In this document: piece by piece, positions 1 through 13,800 of the stretch
Position numbering within the stretch: the first letter of the stretch is position 1
Layout: each line of letters opens with the position of its first letter
Source of the DNA: Eledone cirrhosa
Lineage: Eukaryota
Direction: 5' to 3'
Assembly (NCBI GenBank): GCA_964016885.1
Contig: OZ024749.1
Span: 22,568,001-22,632,000 of the forward strand
DNA: 64,000 bases
Notes under the pieces: model-generated
Seen by the model: the letters and a program-made list of their open reading frames with translations, nothing else
The model's database searches: none
Told to the model about the DNA's origin: nothing
Program-made: the position numbers and the translations under genes

Positions 1-147
1 TGCTGGTACATATTTTCAGCTGAGTATAGGGGAGCAACTTGAAATGAACTGTTTTGCTCAAGAACACCACAGACAGCCTGATCCAGGAATCGAACTCATG
101 ACATTATGATCGTAAATCCAATACCCTTTCCACAAGACCACGCGCCT
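1..147 (-). mobile_element. tRNA-derived SINE (family B), 5' part, cut by window edge
   Basis: Reverse strand has an A-box-like GTGGTCTTGTGG and B-box GAGTTCGATTCC, then GTGTTCTTGAGCAA..TTCATTTCAAGTTGCTCC, shared with 25779-26125 and 54300-54420. Confidence 0.65.
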
Positions 148-843
148 AAATTCTTCGTGATATTCATTACATCGAGTTTTCGATGAGATTGTCAAGACTT
201 GAATGCGTTCGATTTAATCATTGAAATAAAATCAAAATTTTCATTAGCACTGTCTGCACCAGACTGAATTTCAAAAAATAATACAGATAAAATTAAATAA
301 AATAAGAATTGTTTTTTAATTCATTGAATTATGATATCGAATTTTTAAAGGTGGTGTTGGGCAAAAAAAATATATTGTATGACTAATGGCTTCAATAGAC
401 ACCATATTGTACATAAACACTCAGAGATAAAACATACATAGACAGAAACTTTCTTAAAAGAGAATATGTTAAGATATATATTTTTAAGAGGAAGCACAAA
501 AAAATACGCACCACACGACGAAAAAAAATATATAATAATGAAATAAAACGAAATAAACTGAAGAAATTTAACAGAAAAATGGTAATAATTGGTTTTATCA
601 CTAGACGTTAATAATAAGAAGGAGATTTCGTTTTTTTTTCATTCTTTTATTTTTCATTTTATTCTATTTTAATTTTTTCCTCCTTCTTAAGTAAAATCTA
701 TAAACGATATATGAATGAATAGTATCAGTATTTGTATATATATATATATAAATATGTATATATATATATATATACGCATATATATATGTGTGTGTGTCGG
801 TGTGTGTGGTGTGTGTGAGTGTATGTGTGTATATTTATACAAT

Positions 844-885
<42 letters not shown>

Positions 886-1049
886 TGTATGTAAATGTAT
901 ATATACATATATACAGACATGCATACATGTGATTATATATTTAGATATACAGATATATATATATATACATTATATATATATACGTATATATATATATATA
1001 TATATATAAATATGTGTGTGTTTTATATATATATATATACACATAAACA

Positions 1050-1095
<46 letters not shown>

Positions 1096-1590
1096 TTATA
1101 TATATACATATATATATACAAACACATATATATGCATGTACATACATACATACATACAAACATAAGACAACCATAGATGAACAGAGGAAGATTGAGAAGA
1201 AAGTGAGATGAATGATGATTATGTTTTCAGACTAGGAATAATAAAAGCCATACAGTACGTGTGTATATAAGGAGGAATCTCTTCTTCAAAGACTAGAAAA
1301 ATAATTACAAATGCTGATACTATCAGAATAAAAAAGATATATAAAAAAATGTAATATCGTCCTGTTTGTTTTTGCTTTGGACATTGTTGTTGTTGATGTT
1401 GTGGGTTTGTTAACTTTTAGCTTGCTTTTTTTAAAATAGTTTTTTTTAAATATTTTCTCAAATGGTTTGTCGTCTTAAGAATTCAAATAAAGCGAGATAT
1501 AACGAGCGTTGAAGAGAAAAAATCACAGCGAGGTGAGGTTTATGTACACAGGTACACAGAGAGGATATATATATATATATATATTCTTTC

Positions 1591-1640
<50 letters not shown>

Positions 1641-1642
1641 TG

Positions 1643-1686
1643 TATGCGGTCAACTAGCTATACATACACAGATGAAATCCATATAT

Positions 1687-1730
<44 letters not shown>

Positions 1731-1744
1731 ACACATATAAATAA

Positions 1745-1777
<33 letters not shown>

Positions 1778-1945
1778 TATATGCCGTCATCTAGCTATAC
1801 ATAGACAGATGAAATCCATATACACACGCACTCACTCACACACACACACACAGAGACAGACACATATATATAATTAAATAAATAAATATATATACACATA
1901 TATGCGGTCAACTAGCTATACATACACAGATGAAATCCATATACG
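1643..1945. repeat. Three copies of a ~42-bp unit separated by CA/TA microsatellite
   Basis: ATGCGGTCAACTAGCTATACATACACAGATGAAATCCATATA at ~1643, ~1781 and ~1902. Confidence 0.8.
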
Positions 1946-1992
1946 CACGTACTCACTCACACACACACATACACACGCACATATATAAATAA

Positions 1993-2027
<35 letters not shown>

Positions 2028-2031
<4 letters not shown>

Positions 2032-2270
2032 AATGAATATATGATAGGGATAAACACTAATACAAGTATATAAGTGTTTGTATTGTAAATTACCAAGTTA
2101 GCTAGATTGAATCTAGCTAACTTGGTCATTTACAATACAAACACTTATATACTTGTATTAGTGCTTATCCCTATCATATATTCATTTGTATTACACGGCT
2201 CAGAAATATCCCTTTCTTTGAGCTATTTAATTGTAAAAGACTGTTTGAGTTTATAACTCTATATATAATA
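2028..2270. mobile_element. Fold-back insertion in (TA)n, PLE-type terminus
   Basis: Near-perfect ~80-bp inverted arms 2028-2108/2110-2190 plus ~80 bp of unique tail, with TA repeats on both sides. Confidence 0.55.
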
Positions 2271-2290
2271 TATATATATACATATATATT

Positions 2291-2698
2291 CTAGGGGGGT
2301 AAAATTTCCGAGATCCATGGACGAGTTCTCTCCAGCGGTCTCTGTCCCTCATTATCGCTGTATGCCCTGCGTCTCCCACAGACCAGTGTCTGTCCTTAGG
2401 GCATCAACATACGTTAACATTGTTCTTCCTCTTCCAGTGTGTCCATGTAGGGGCTCCCACAGGAGCACTGTGTGCAGTGTCAACTCTGGATGTCGGTGAG
2501 CATGTCCAGCTAACCTTAGTCTCCTCTGTGTCACTTTTGACCTGACTTTTGGGAGGCTCCCATACAGCTCTGAAGTTATTCCGGGTTGAATCGGGGGTAA
2601 CCAGAGTAAGGTACTGAATACATAGCAGAATATAAATGTTTTAATATAGAAAAGCTTCTATAAGACTAGAACTGTTTCATTCGTGAGAAATCATCAGG

Positions 2699-2761
<63 letters not shown>

Positions 2762-2973
2762 TATATGTGTGTGTGTGTGGATTAAGTATTTCCGTAGAAA
2801 AACTAAAGGAAAGAAGAGTGCTCTGTGTACAATACATAGAAATTTGACACCATGTGTACCATTTGAGTCTACCTCGATTGTTGTGGAAAACACTATAAAA
2901 AATATAAACAACTGAAATTTTCCCTCAATGAAATCTTCCAGAGAGGAATCAATTCATGTATAAACATTTCTCT
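2291..2973 (-). mobile_element. Composite repeat: HHR-like segment fused to RTE-clade LINE 3' end (copy 1)
   Basis: Inverted homologue of 37346-38057. Encodes QRRLRLAGHAHRHPELTLHTVLLWEPLHGHTGRGR (RTE-like C-terminus). CTGATGA..GAAA..GTC on the minus strand at 2664-2697. Confidence 0.7.
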
Positions 2974-3825
2974 TGCTGAACGTAATAAAATAATACTAAA
3001 TAAAATAAAACCAAATAATGAAATCTTACGTGCTATTGACGAAATAGGGGTGAATATTTACGACGGATTAAACCTCTACATTTTGGCAAATCAACGCTTG
3101 TTTATGCCCTAGCAACGACAGAAAAACATTATCTTGGTGTTAGCAGAGATATCAACAAGAACAAAATACCGCCAAAAATGCCATCATATATAACTAAAAT
3201 ATAAAAAAAAATTGCTGACCTACGAAAAGCAATAGGATATGTGACAATGCTCCTTACATGCAAACAAACACAAAAAAACTTCACTCTTCACCAACAAAGA
3301 GTGAAAAATAAAATAGAAACAATGTTTGGACGGCTATTACCCACTCTACTACCCAACGCATCGGGTACTCTGGTGCCATACAACACTTCCTTCGTTATAT
3401 ATATATATATAAAATTCCAAGTCTGAAGAACTATTAGATAAAATATATACGGTATTTCCTCTCCTAATCAGTATAAATCAGCCACATGAAAAATTATTTA
3501 AACGAGGCTATAAGTTTAAAATGTACTTATGAAGAAATAATAGACAAATGATACAGACTATCTGCGGCGATATATAGCTATATGACACTTGTATAATTAT
3601 TTCTTTTAGCCTGTAGAAATTGACTAGACAAATAGTTAGAAATACTGTATATATTTTATCTAATAGTTCTTCAGACTTGCAATTTTATATATAGCTCTGA
3701 TTAATGATTATTTGCTTAATTAATTCTTCATTGAGCCACACCGTGAAAGGTTGCCAAACTCATATATGTATCTGTGACTATGTCTAATTATATATACCCC
3801 TTTGAATTTTATATATATATATATA

Positions 3826-3975
3826 TAACGAAGGAAATGTGGTAAGGAACCAGATGGACCATAACGCACGAAAGTACTCAATATTTAGGGTAGTAGAGTG
3901 GGTAATAGGAACGAGTAGGACCCTGACGGCTGAGCTCAAGCCGTTTCGACGGCTAATTCTGGACTAACTCGAGTC
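3826..3975. mobile_element. Short (TA)n-associated repeat (AACGAAGGAAATGTGG family), probable PLE terminal fragment
   Basis: About 11 copies in the window, always abutting (TA)n; hairpin AATTCTGGACT/AGTCCAGAATT. Confidence 0.65.
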
Positions 3976-4617
3976 CAGAATTTGTGATGTTGCTGATGTT
4001 AGAAAATAAGGGTAAATTAGAAAACATAGAAATAAAAATAGAATCTACACACAAAAAAGACGCAATGTTTAGACAAATCACAGAGGCAATAAACATAAAA
4101 GAATTACAACCAAAATTAAATAGAAAACATGAGTGGAACAGCAACATCACAACTTACAATTAAGGATTAAATGAAAACACACACGCACATAGAACAAACA
4201 ACCAACCTGTCACATGTAAATAAACAAATAAATAAACGAATATAAACATACACAGACACCCGGATGTGGCGCATGCGCATACTGAGCACACAACACACAC
4301 ACTGAAACAAGATGGCGTAGGACAGAACAAAGGAGAGGCACAAAAACAAAGAAAAGAATCCCAGTCACTGAAGATGTCACATAATGTGTGACGAAAGAAC
4401 TTTGACAATATATAAACAACCATCTGGTTGTGGAACAAACCAACCAACCGGAAATTTAGAAATTGATATATTCCTAAATTTATAAATTTATAATAATAAA
4501 TTGTGAAAGCAACTGGTGCGTGTGTTTCTTATTGGCAACATGACCCTCCCAAAGTATAACAATATCGGTTTCAACACACGTTTTCAAATACAGAATCTTG
4601 CTAAACAAATTCAGAAA

Positions 4618-4620
<3 letters not shown>
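3976..4620 (+). mobile_element. Penelope-like element 3' fragment (GIY-YIG C-terminus + 3' UTR)
   Basis: Encodes GKLENIEIKIESTHKKDAMFRQITEAINIKELQPKLNRKHEW, homologous to 63343-63612(-). 14-bp inverted piece at the 5' junction; ends in (TA)n. Confidence 0.8.
4364..4406 (+). ncRNA. Minimal type I hammerhead-like motif in PLE 3' UTR
   Basis: GTCA-CTGAAGA-T-GTCAC..GTGAC-GAAA-GAAC-TT-TGAC, with one extra nt before stem II. Confidence 0.55.
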
Positions 4621-4708
<88 letters not shown>

Positions 4709-5202
4709 ATATATATATGAATATATGAATAAAGTGAATATACAGTTGGAAATATATCTCTAGTATCAACTCTTTACCCTACTTGTATCTCATTGAATAA
4801 GAAATAAGATGTTTATTGCATATAGGAACTGTTGTATGAGTGGGAAGTTTGACACGAAGAGTTCCGGTTCATTAAACCACATTTACTGCACCGCTCACCT
4901 TTATCCACAGATCAACTATTCAAGTGCCATAGTTGCTTGAACAACTGTATCTTATGAACATTAACTCTTGATATTTCTCCCTGAAAGTCGTAAAACTTTG
5001 CAAAGCTGAAACTCGGCCGCAGCTACGGGTGCGAGGTGATGTTCTGTTCAAAATGGCGTCAAATGAATGATTACGTGCGTGTTATATTCTGTTGTGAGAT
5101 AATGGTTGTACTTAAAACCAGATTATGTCAGCCTTACATTGTATATACGCATACATACATATCCATATATACATACATACACATACACACAGACACACAC
5201 AC

Positions 5203-5267
<65 letters not shown>

Positions 5268-5390
5268 TACCTATATATATGCGTACATACCCATATATAT
5301 ATAAATATATGTATGCATACATATATATATATATATATACATATATATGTATATACACATATATATATATATGTATACACACATATATAT

Positions 5391-5441
<51 letters not shown>

Positions 5442-5538
5442 CATAATCAGAGAAAGCTAAAAGCGATATATATATATGACCCTCCCCTAACAATATATAT
5501 ATATATATATAAAGAGAAAGAAAGAAAGAGAGAGAGAG

Positions 5539-5619
<81 letters not shown>

Positions 5620-5949
5620 CAATCAGTGTCCAATGTTATATCATAATATTACCATATACTGTTTTCTCTAAAGCGTAATGGCGACATTCAGTAAACGCCG
5701 TACGTTGTAACACGGTAAACAATTCCTTCTGTTTAGAATGTTTTTGTCTTTGCTGAAGTAGAGCAACAGATAATATTAAGCAAATGGACCTCCGTCTGAC
5801 TCCACGATGTGTGTTAAGAGTTTATTGATCAACGGAACAGTTTACTCAGGAAATTAACAAGCAAGTGGCTAAGTATTCCGTAAAAAAAGCCTCCGTAAGT
5901 ATGCCGTAAAAAAAAAAAATGTTCATGTCAATAAGATATAAGGATCTCT

Positions 5950-6186
5950 AGTAGTAGTATAAGTAGTAGCAGCAGCAGCAGTAGTAGTAGTAGTAGTAGT
6001 AGTAGTAAGTAGTAGTAGTTGTAGGAGGAGTAGGTTGTAGTAGTACTAGTAGTAGTAGTAGTAGTAGTAGTATTAATAGTAGGAGGAGAAGGCGAAGTAG
6101 TAAGAGTAGTAGTAATAGTAGTATTAGTAGTAGTAGTTGTAGGAGGAGGATGAAGTAGTAGTAGTAGTTATGATAATAATAATAAT
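5950..6186. repeat. (AGT)n/(AAT)n trinucleotide tract
   Basis: Direct inspection. Confidence 0.95.
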
Positions 6187-6189
6187 TTT

Positions 6190-6424
6190 TTGCTTACGTT
6201 CAAGGCCGACAATTGTTAGAGTGGTGGGAAATCTGATTAAGTTGAAACCAGCAGGCCAGAAGTTATTCCAGTGCATTACTGGTACTTTATTTTATCGACC
6301 CCGTAAGGATGAAAGGCAAAGGTAAACTCGGCGGGATTTGAACTCAGAAGGTAAAGAAAGAGTCGTAACGAATGATTGCAATATATTTCACCCGATGCTC
6401 CACCGATTCTGCCAATCCACCGCT
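6190..6424 (-). mobile_element. tRNA-derived SINE (family A), diverged
   Basis: Reverse complement of GGCGGTGGATTGGCAG..GAGTTCAAATCCCGCCGAG..GGGGTCGATAAAATAAAGTACCAG. Confidence 0.8.
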
Positions 6425-6554
6425 CTCATCATTATCTTAACAATGTCCACAAATACGGAACAAAGAACCCCCCCCCCCCACCAAAAAAAAACTGCTAACA
6501 ATTTAATTAAGTCTATATCCTGTATTATTGAACATTCAAAAATCAATAAACATG

Positions 6555-6621
6555 ATGCTAGCTTATAGTCCGGAACAGCATGCTAACTTATAGTCCGGAA
6601 CAGCATGTTAGCTTATAGTCC
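6555..6621. repeat. 25-bp minisatellite (2.7 units), resuming at ~7435-7480
   Basis: ATGCTAGCTTATAGTCCGGAACAGC units. Confidence 0.85.
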
Positions 6622-7421
6622 ACACAGCACCGCCTTGCTTGTTTTCGTGCGGCCTCCAAACACAACAGTGGTGACTGGCTCCATGCTCTGTCCTCCTTCT
6701 CCACTGACACACAGCTAGACAATCATAGCCTGCGAATCGACGTTTCCCTGAGGCTCGGCCTCCGGATCTGCCAGCCACATCAATGTAGCTGCGGTTCCAC
6801 CGTGGACGCTTTCAGTCTCCACCCGCTTTCCTGTCGCCACAGTTCCGGCCGCATTCCACGCCATACTGCCCTCAACGAGGTCATTAAGCATGGCTTGGAC
6901 GCTGCAGGGTTCCCTTCCCAGCTCGAGCCGGTGGGGCTGGATCGTGGGGACGGCAAAAGGCCAGATGGCATGACCATCTTCCCGTTCCGCGTTGGCAAAC
7001 CCCTCGTCTGGGATGCCACTTGCACCGACACTTTCTGCGACCGCAACCTGGTGCAGTCTGCGACTGACCCAGGTTCTGCTGCACGTCGGGCTGAGGGGGC
7101 CAAACTCCTCAAATACCGGTCGCTCTCCGACAGGTTTGCGGTCGTACCCCTGGCAGTGGAAACTTCTGGTATCCTCGGCCCCAGGGCTACCTCCTTACTC
7201 ACCACCATAGGCGCTGAGCTAGCCAGCTGTAGGTGTGAGCCCTACGAGTTGGAGTGGCTTTTACAGCGCGTCTCCCTTGCCGTCCTCCGGGGAAACGCCT
7301 TCTCCATTCTGTCCGCCGGGGCTGTGGATGGGTCCCATCGCGCACCATTACATTAGTTAAATACCATTCTTTCATCCCTGTAGAGTTAAATAAACATGTT
7401 TGTGGTTAAAAAAAAAAAAAA
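6622..7421 (+). mobile_element. CRE-like non-LTR retrotransposon, 5'-truncated (RLE domain)
   Basis: Open frame 6625-7356: SGDWLHAL..LRLGLRICQPHQCSCG..HPLSC (zinc knuckle), RH..N, KRPDG..VWDAT..AEGAKLLKY..PLAVETSG..QRVSLAVLRGNA. GC-rich; poly(A) at 7408-7421. Confidence 0.85.
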
Positions 7422-7758
7422 TAGAATAAATAAACATACTAGCTTATAGGCCGGAATTCCATTGCAGGTTATAGTCCGGAGAAAAGATGTATTGTGACTG
7501 AGGAGTAAATAACTATCACTTAGTAAGTTTCCTGTCATTGAAATATTAACATAAAATGACGTCATCGCTATACAATAATTACCATTATCGTCATTACAAC
7601 ATTGCAGACGTGTCATCGTCTGCTTTGAGTGGTTGATGTTGTTGTAACTGTTATAGTTATTGGTGATACTGCTGGTGTTGTTATTGTTGTTCACGTATAT
7701 TTGTAAATCTGTTCTGATCGAATAGGCAAACACACACACACACGCGCACACACACACA

Positions 7759-7813
<55 letters not shown>

Positions 7814-7836
7814 ACACACATACACACACACACACA

Positions 7837-7886
<50 letters not shown>

Positions 7887-7912
7887 ATTTATATATGTGT
7901 ATTTATATATAT

Positions 7913-7959
<47 letters not shown>

Positions 7960-8095
7960 TACATATGTATATATATGAATATATATATATATATGCATAT
8001 ATATATATATATGTATATATATATATGTATATATATATATGTATATATATATATGTATATATATATGTATATATATACATATATATATATATATA

Positions 8096-8143
<48 letters not shown>

Positions 8144-8262
8144 TACATATGTATATATATGAATATATATATATATATGCATATATATATATATATGTAT
8201 ATATATATATGTATATATATATATGTATATATATATATGTATATATATATGTATATATATAC

Positions 8263-8294
<32 letters not shown>

Positions 8295-8331
8295 GTATAT
8301 ATATATGTATATATATACATATATATATATA

Positions 8332-8392
<61 letters not shown>

Positions 8393-8547
8393 GTGTGTGT
8401 GTGTGTATGTGTGTATGTGTGATATGAAAGTTAATTAACTCTATTTCTATAGACTTCCATAATAACATGTTTGAAAGATCAAAGATAAGATACAAGTTAA
8501 TATTAAAGGTTTTCTCTACGTTGACACACTTGTGTATACATATATCT

Positions 8548-8601
<54 letters not shown>

Positions 8602-8731
8602 CAGTGTCTGTGTGTGTGTGTTTATACATATATCTACATACATACATGCACATTTATATATGTATGTATATACAATATATATATATATGCATATATGAAT
8701 ATATATATATATATATATATATATGCATATA

Positions 8732-8780
<49 letters not shown>

Positions 8781-8936
8781 TATATACAATTATATATATA
8801 AATATATACATATAATATATACAGATATATATATATATATATACATATATTATATACATTGTGTGTATACATAAGTGTTTGTGTGGGCGAGTGTGTGTAT
8901 GTATGTGTGTATATGTATGTGTATAATATATATATG

Positions 8937-8967
<31 letters not shown>

Positions 8968-9311
8968 GTGTGTGTGTGTGTTAGTATATGGAATTTGTTT
9001 CCTAATTAAAATTTCCCGTATAATCTGAAAAAAGAAATTTTAGTAAACCTGTTTACGTTTTATTTAATACATATATAACCAAAGGTAAACGATACGAACA
9101 CAATCAGTATTTATAAGAAACAGAGAATAAGTTGTGAGTTGAAGTATAGACTATATTAAAATTTCCAGCTACAGAGACACCAGTTTGTAGAGATCAAGGC
9201 GAAATAGTTAATTCAAACAATGGCGGACGTTGCTTGACGCCATATAAGTTTTTGTTGAGAAAGATATCACGTTTTATATATTTTGTGCATGTAGTTATAA
9301 AATGATAATAA

Positions 9312-9425
9312 TAATTGTTTCTACTTTTGGCACAAGGCCAGCAAATACCCAGTGCATTACTGGTATTTCATGTGATCGACTCCGTAAGGATGAAAGGTAA
9401 AGCAAACCTCGGTGTGGGATTTGAA

Positions 9426-9428
<3 letters not shown>
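9312..9428 (-). mobile_element. SINE family A, 3' half
   Basis: TTGTTTCTACTTTTGGCACAAGGCCAGC..GGATGAAAGG..GGGATTTGAACT, within (AAT)n. Confidence 0.8.
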
Positions 9429-9486
<58 letters not shown>

Positions 9487-9660
9487 TGGAATAAGGGAAG
9501 AAGACGCACGAGGTGACGGAGGTCATGAAATCGCTCCCGTAAGTTTTGAATTTTTAACATATTTAAATCATTTGTGAAATAACAACTCTTAGTACAAATG
9601 CTACGTAAAGCACCCGGCTTGAGCCCCAAAAAAATTCGGACCCAAAATATATTGTTATAA

Positions 9661-10305
9661 GGCTCAAATATTCAAATATTCAACTTTGTATTGTACACTG
9701 TATATCCAAAAAAAAATGGCTATAAATGGAAGAAGAAGAACCCCCCCCCCCCTCCTCTCCTCTGGCTACACTATATAGGACAGCTAAACTCACCAACACC
9801 AGAAACTAGATACACCACCCACCCCATCATCTGTGTACACTAAACACAACAGCATTTTCACCTTCACCGCCACCGCTCACTACGGCCATCATTACCACCA
9901 CTATCCCATCACCGCCGCCACCACCCCTTGACTCCTTCACTGCTGCTGCCACCGCTACAGCACCATCACTACAGTAATACGGCTCAAATATTCAAATATT
10001 CAACTTTGTATTGTACACTGTATATCCAAAAAAAAATAAAATGGCTATAAATGGAAGAAGAAGAACCCCCCCCCCCCTCCTCTCCTCTGGCTACACTATA
10101 TAGGACAGCGAAACTGACCAACACCAGAAACTAGATACACCACCCACCCCATCATCTGTGTACACTAAACACAACAGCATTTTCACCTTCACCGCCACCG
10201 CTCACTACGGCCATCATTACCACCACTATCCCATCACCGCCGCCACCACCCCCTGACTCCTTCACTGCTGCTGCCACCGCTACAGCACCATCACTACAGT
10301 AATAC
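9661..10305. repeat. ~320-bp near-identical tandem duplication
   Basis: 9661-9980 is repeated at 9981-10305, both starting GGCTCAAATATTCAAATATTC. Confidence 0.95.
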
Positions 10306-10876
10306 GGTCGCATCACCGCCACCACTGCCTCGGTATCGACATCACCACCACCACTGTCTCAGTATCGCCAACGCCGCCAGTCTCTGCTGGCTACCACTTC
10401 CACATTATAGAATTCCTACTACTAACAAAGAGGAAGGCATCAAAATATATAGATAGACTCAAAAGAAAAAAGAAAAAACAAACAACAAAAGCAGCACAGC
10501 AACAACAGTAAAAAACGAGAAAAACAGAGAAAAACAAAAACAAAAAAAGAAACCCCAAAAACGTAAAGAAAATAAGAATGAAGAGAGAAGCAGGCGGACG
10601 GACAGAGAAGAGGGGGGAAAAAGTAAAACTTAAAAAACAAAAACTAAGTCAGACATTCGAATACTACATTACAATGAAACTTATGCTTATTCATTTTTGG
10701 GGCCCTTTCTGCCCGTGTGTTTGTTTGTTTATGTGTGTCCGTATACAGCGTGGTGATAATGCCACACAAGGGCCAAGTGGGATGGCGGATCCACAGATGG
10801 CTATGTAAACATACATTCGCCAATCCTCGATAAGAGTGTTTAAATATCGAACATAAACAGTTCGAATAACGGTGAA

Positions 10877-13800
10877 ATGGAGACTAGAACGTCATGTGAC
10901 AGACTCTCACCCAACAGGTGCCCCCTGGCTCAGCAGCAGGAACCTGACTGTCAACCAAATACTGCTGATGTTGGAGGAAGAAGAAGAAGGAAAGGGGCCA
11001 GAACCAACTGGACGAAAGAATTGAATAGAACTGTTATGCAATGCTACCTGAAAAGTAACCCCAAGGAGAGGGGCTACAGGAGACGGATGCATAACATCTG
11101 GAACGAGATTGGTTTATTTAAATTAGATGAACAAAAATTGGCCGGGCAGGCTCGGGTAATAAGAACTAATGGGTAGATAAGCGAGCTGGAACTGGAGGAA
11201 CTGAGCAGAGAGAATGGCTTGGAGATGGCGGGTGCAGTATGCCAGACAAGCGAGCCGGCGGGAAATGAAGGTGAGGAGGTCCTGAGAACGGAGGAACCAC
11301 CCGAAGCAGACAATGATCTGAATACTGAGATAAATAATACCTGGAACAGAGATACGGCCACTGAGGAGATGAATGCTGACGGGCTAGGACAAGATTCGGT
11401 TGACATCCTAAATTTAGTGGTAGATGAGTTGAACAATGATAGTGGGAGACCTATGAACCTAAGATTTGTAGACAGGAAAAAGTTAAAAGAAACAACAGCT
11501 AAGGTAAACAAAGTCATCCCATACCTTGAGGCGAGGAGTCTTCACCAGTGCAACAATATCCTCAAAGCAACAGCAAATACGGTGAGGAAACTACTTGGTA
11601 TAAAAGCGAGAGGAAACAACAGACAAGAAAGAGCAGAGCCGTGGTGGAAGAAGCGACTGAGTGGGCAAATCGGGGAAATGAGAAATGACATAGGAAAGCT
11701 TGAGTCACTACTGAATGGGACACTAAAAAACATAGGCACTAAAAATAGACTGGAAATAAAATACAAAACTAGGAGTAAAAAGCTAAATATTATCATAGAG
11801 GAATTGAAGCAACGCATTGTAGCAAAGAGTGCCAAAATCAGGCGATACGAGAACAGAGTCAGTCAGTATAAACAGAACCGCATGTTCGACAACAACCAGA
11901 AGATGCTGTTTGGACAGCTTGAGGGGAAAGAAAGAGGCAACGACTTGATCCCTGGGGCGGAACAAGCTAAAACATTCTGGAGAGGAATATGGGAGCAGGA
12001 TGTTAGACACAATGCCCAGGCAGGGTGGATTGAGACAGTACAGAGGGAGATCGGTGAGCAGGCACAGCAACAGACTGATTTGAGTATCACAGTTGAAACT
12101 CTTAAGGGGCAAGCCAAAAAACTAACCAACTGGAAATCACCAGGCCCAGATGGTGTGCAGGGGTATTGGATTAAACATTTAACATCCCTCCACCCGAAGC
12201 TGACGGCCATGTTCAATGACTGCTTGGTGTCGGGTGAGGTGCCAGAGTGGTTGACAAAAGGTACCACAGTTCTGATAATGAAAGACCGAATCAAGGGTAA
12301 TGATGTTACCAACTATAGACCTATCACATGTCTGCCCGTAATGTGGATACTGTTGACGAGCATTGTGTCTGAGGAAATCTACCATCACCTCCACACAAAC
12401 AACTTGTTGCCGGACGAACAGAAAGGATGCCGAAAGAAGTCACGTGGTACAAAGGACCAGTTGCTTATTGATAAGATGGTAATGGGGAATTGCAGGAGGA
12501 GACACACTGATCTTGCCATGGGATGGATAGACTACAGAAAGGCATTTGACATGGTGCCTCATTCCTGGATCACCAAAAGCCTGGAGATCTTCAGGGTGGC
12601 AGATAACATCAGACAGTTGCTGGGCAGGAGTATGGGGTCCTGGGAGACAGAGTTGACATCAACTGGAGTATCCTTGGGAAGCGTGAAGATCAAAAGAGGT
12701 ATCTTCCAGGGAGATAGCCTGTCCCCTCTGTTGTTTGTCCTTGCCCTGATGCCCTTGACCATTATGCTGCGAAAAGTGAGAGCAGGATACAAGTTGGGAA
12801 GGGGAGAGCTTACCATCAATCACCTCCTCTTCATGGACGATCTTAAGCTCTTCGGGAAAAGTGAGAAGGAGTTGGATGTGCTTGTTGACACTGTCCGTAT
12901 TTTCAGCAGTGATATATGTATGCAGTTTGGTATTGGTAAATGTGGAGTCATTGTGATGAGGAGGGGTAGGTTGAGCAGAAGTAACGGGATCCAGATACCA
13001 ACAGGTGAGATGATAAAGGAAATTGACTCTGAGGAAGGATACAAGTATTTGGGCGTTCTGGAGGCTGATGGCATAAAGAACAAAAAAATGAAGGAATTGT
13101 TAAGAACTGAATACATTCGGAGAGTAAGGAGCGTATTGAAGTCACATCTGAACAGCAGAAATGCCATAAGCGCAGTAAATTCCCGAGCTGTGTCTATTAT
13201 TAGGTACAGTGCGGGAATTCTGAGATGGAATGTTGCTGAACAAAAAGAAATGGATAGGAAGACTAGGAAGCTATTGACTATCTACAACATGTTCCACAAG
13301 AGGAGTGATGTCGATAGACTCTACCTAAGGAGATCTGAGGGTGGAAGAGGTCTTATCAGCATAGAGGACTGTGTTCAGATGGAGAAAAACAACCTATACA
13401 AATACGTGACCTATAGTAAGGAGCCAATGCTCAGAGCTGTACTGAAGGAGGGGACAGTAGGCCAGGGGATACCCAAGGAGGAAATAACATCAAGGAGGAA
13501 GAGCAGCCTTAAGGGAAAATCCCTTCATAGTACCTTCTTTGAGAAAACTGAATTTAGAGATCCACAGACATGGAACTGGTTGAGAAGAGGAGACCTCAAA
13601 AAGGCTACAGAAGGAATGCTAATGGCTACGCAGGAGCAGGCCCTCAAAACGAAGTGGTTGAAGCACCATATCTACAAGGAGGAGGCTAGCCCACTGTGCA
13701 GGATCTGTGGAGAGAGAGAGGAGACTGTGGCTCACATTGTGTCCGAGTGTAAACACCTAGCCCAGACCCACTATAAGGGCTGGAGACACGATGTGATGGG

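Noticed and set aside
3423-3676. CTGAAGA as a hammerhead core (3423+, 3669-)
   Set aside because: No adjacent GAAA/stem I arrangement could be formed
10695-10860. HDV-like ribozyme in the Dong 5' UTR
   Set aside because: GGCCCTT/AAGGGCC and other stems exist, but I could not build P3/L3/P1.1 in the HDV order; it needs a descriptor search
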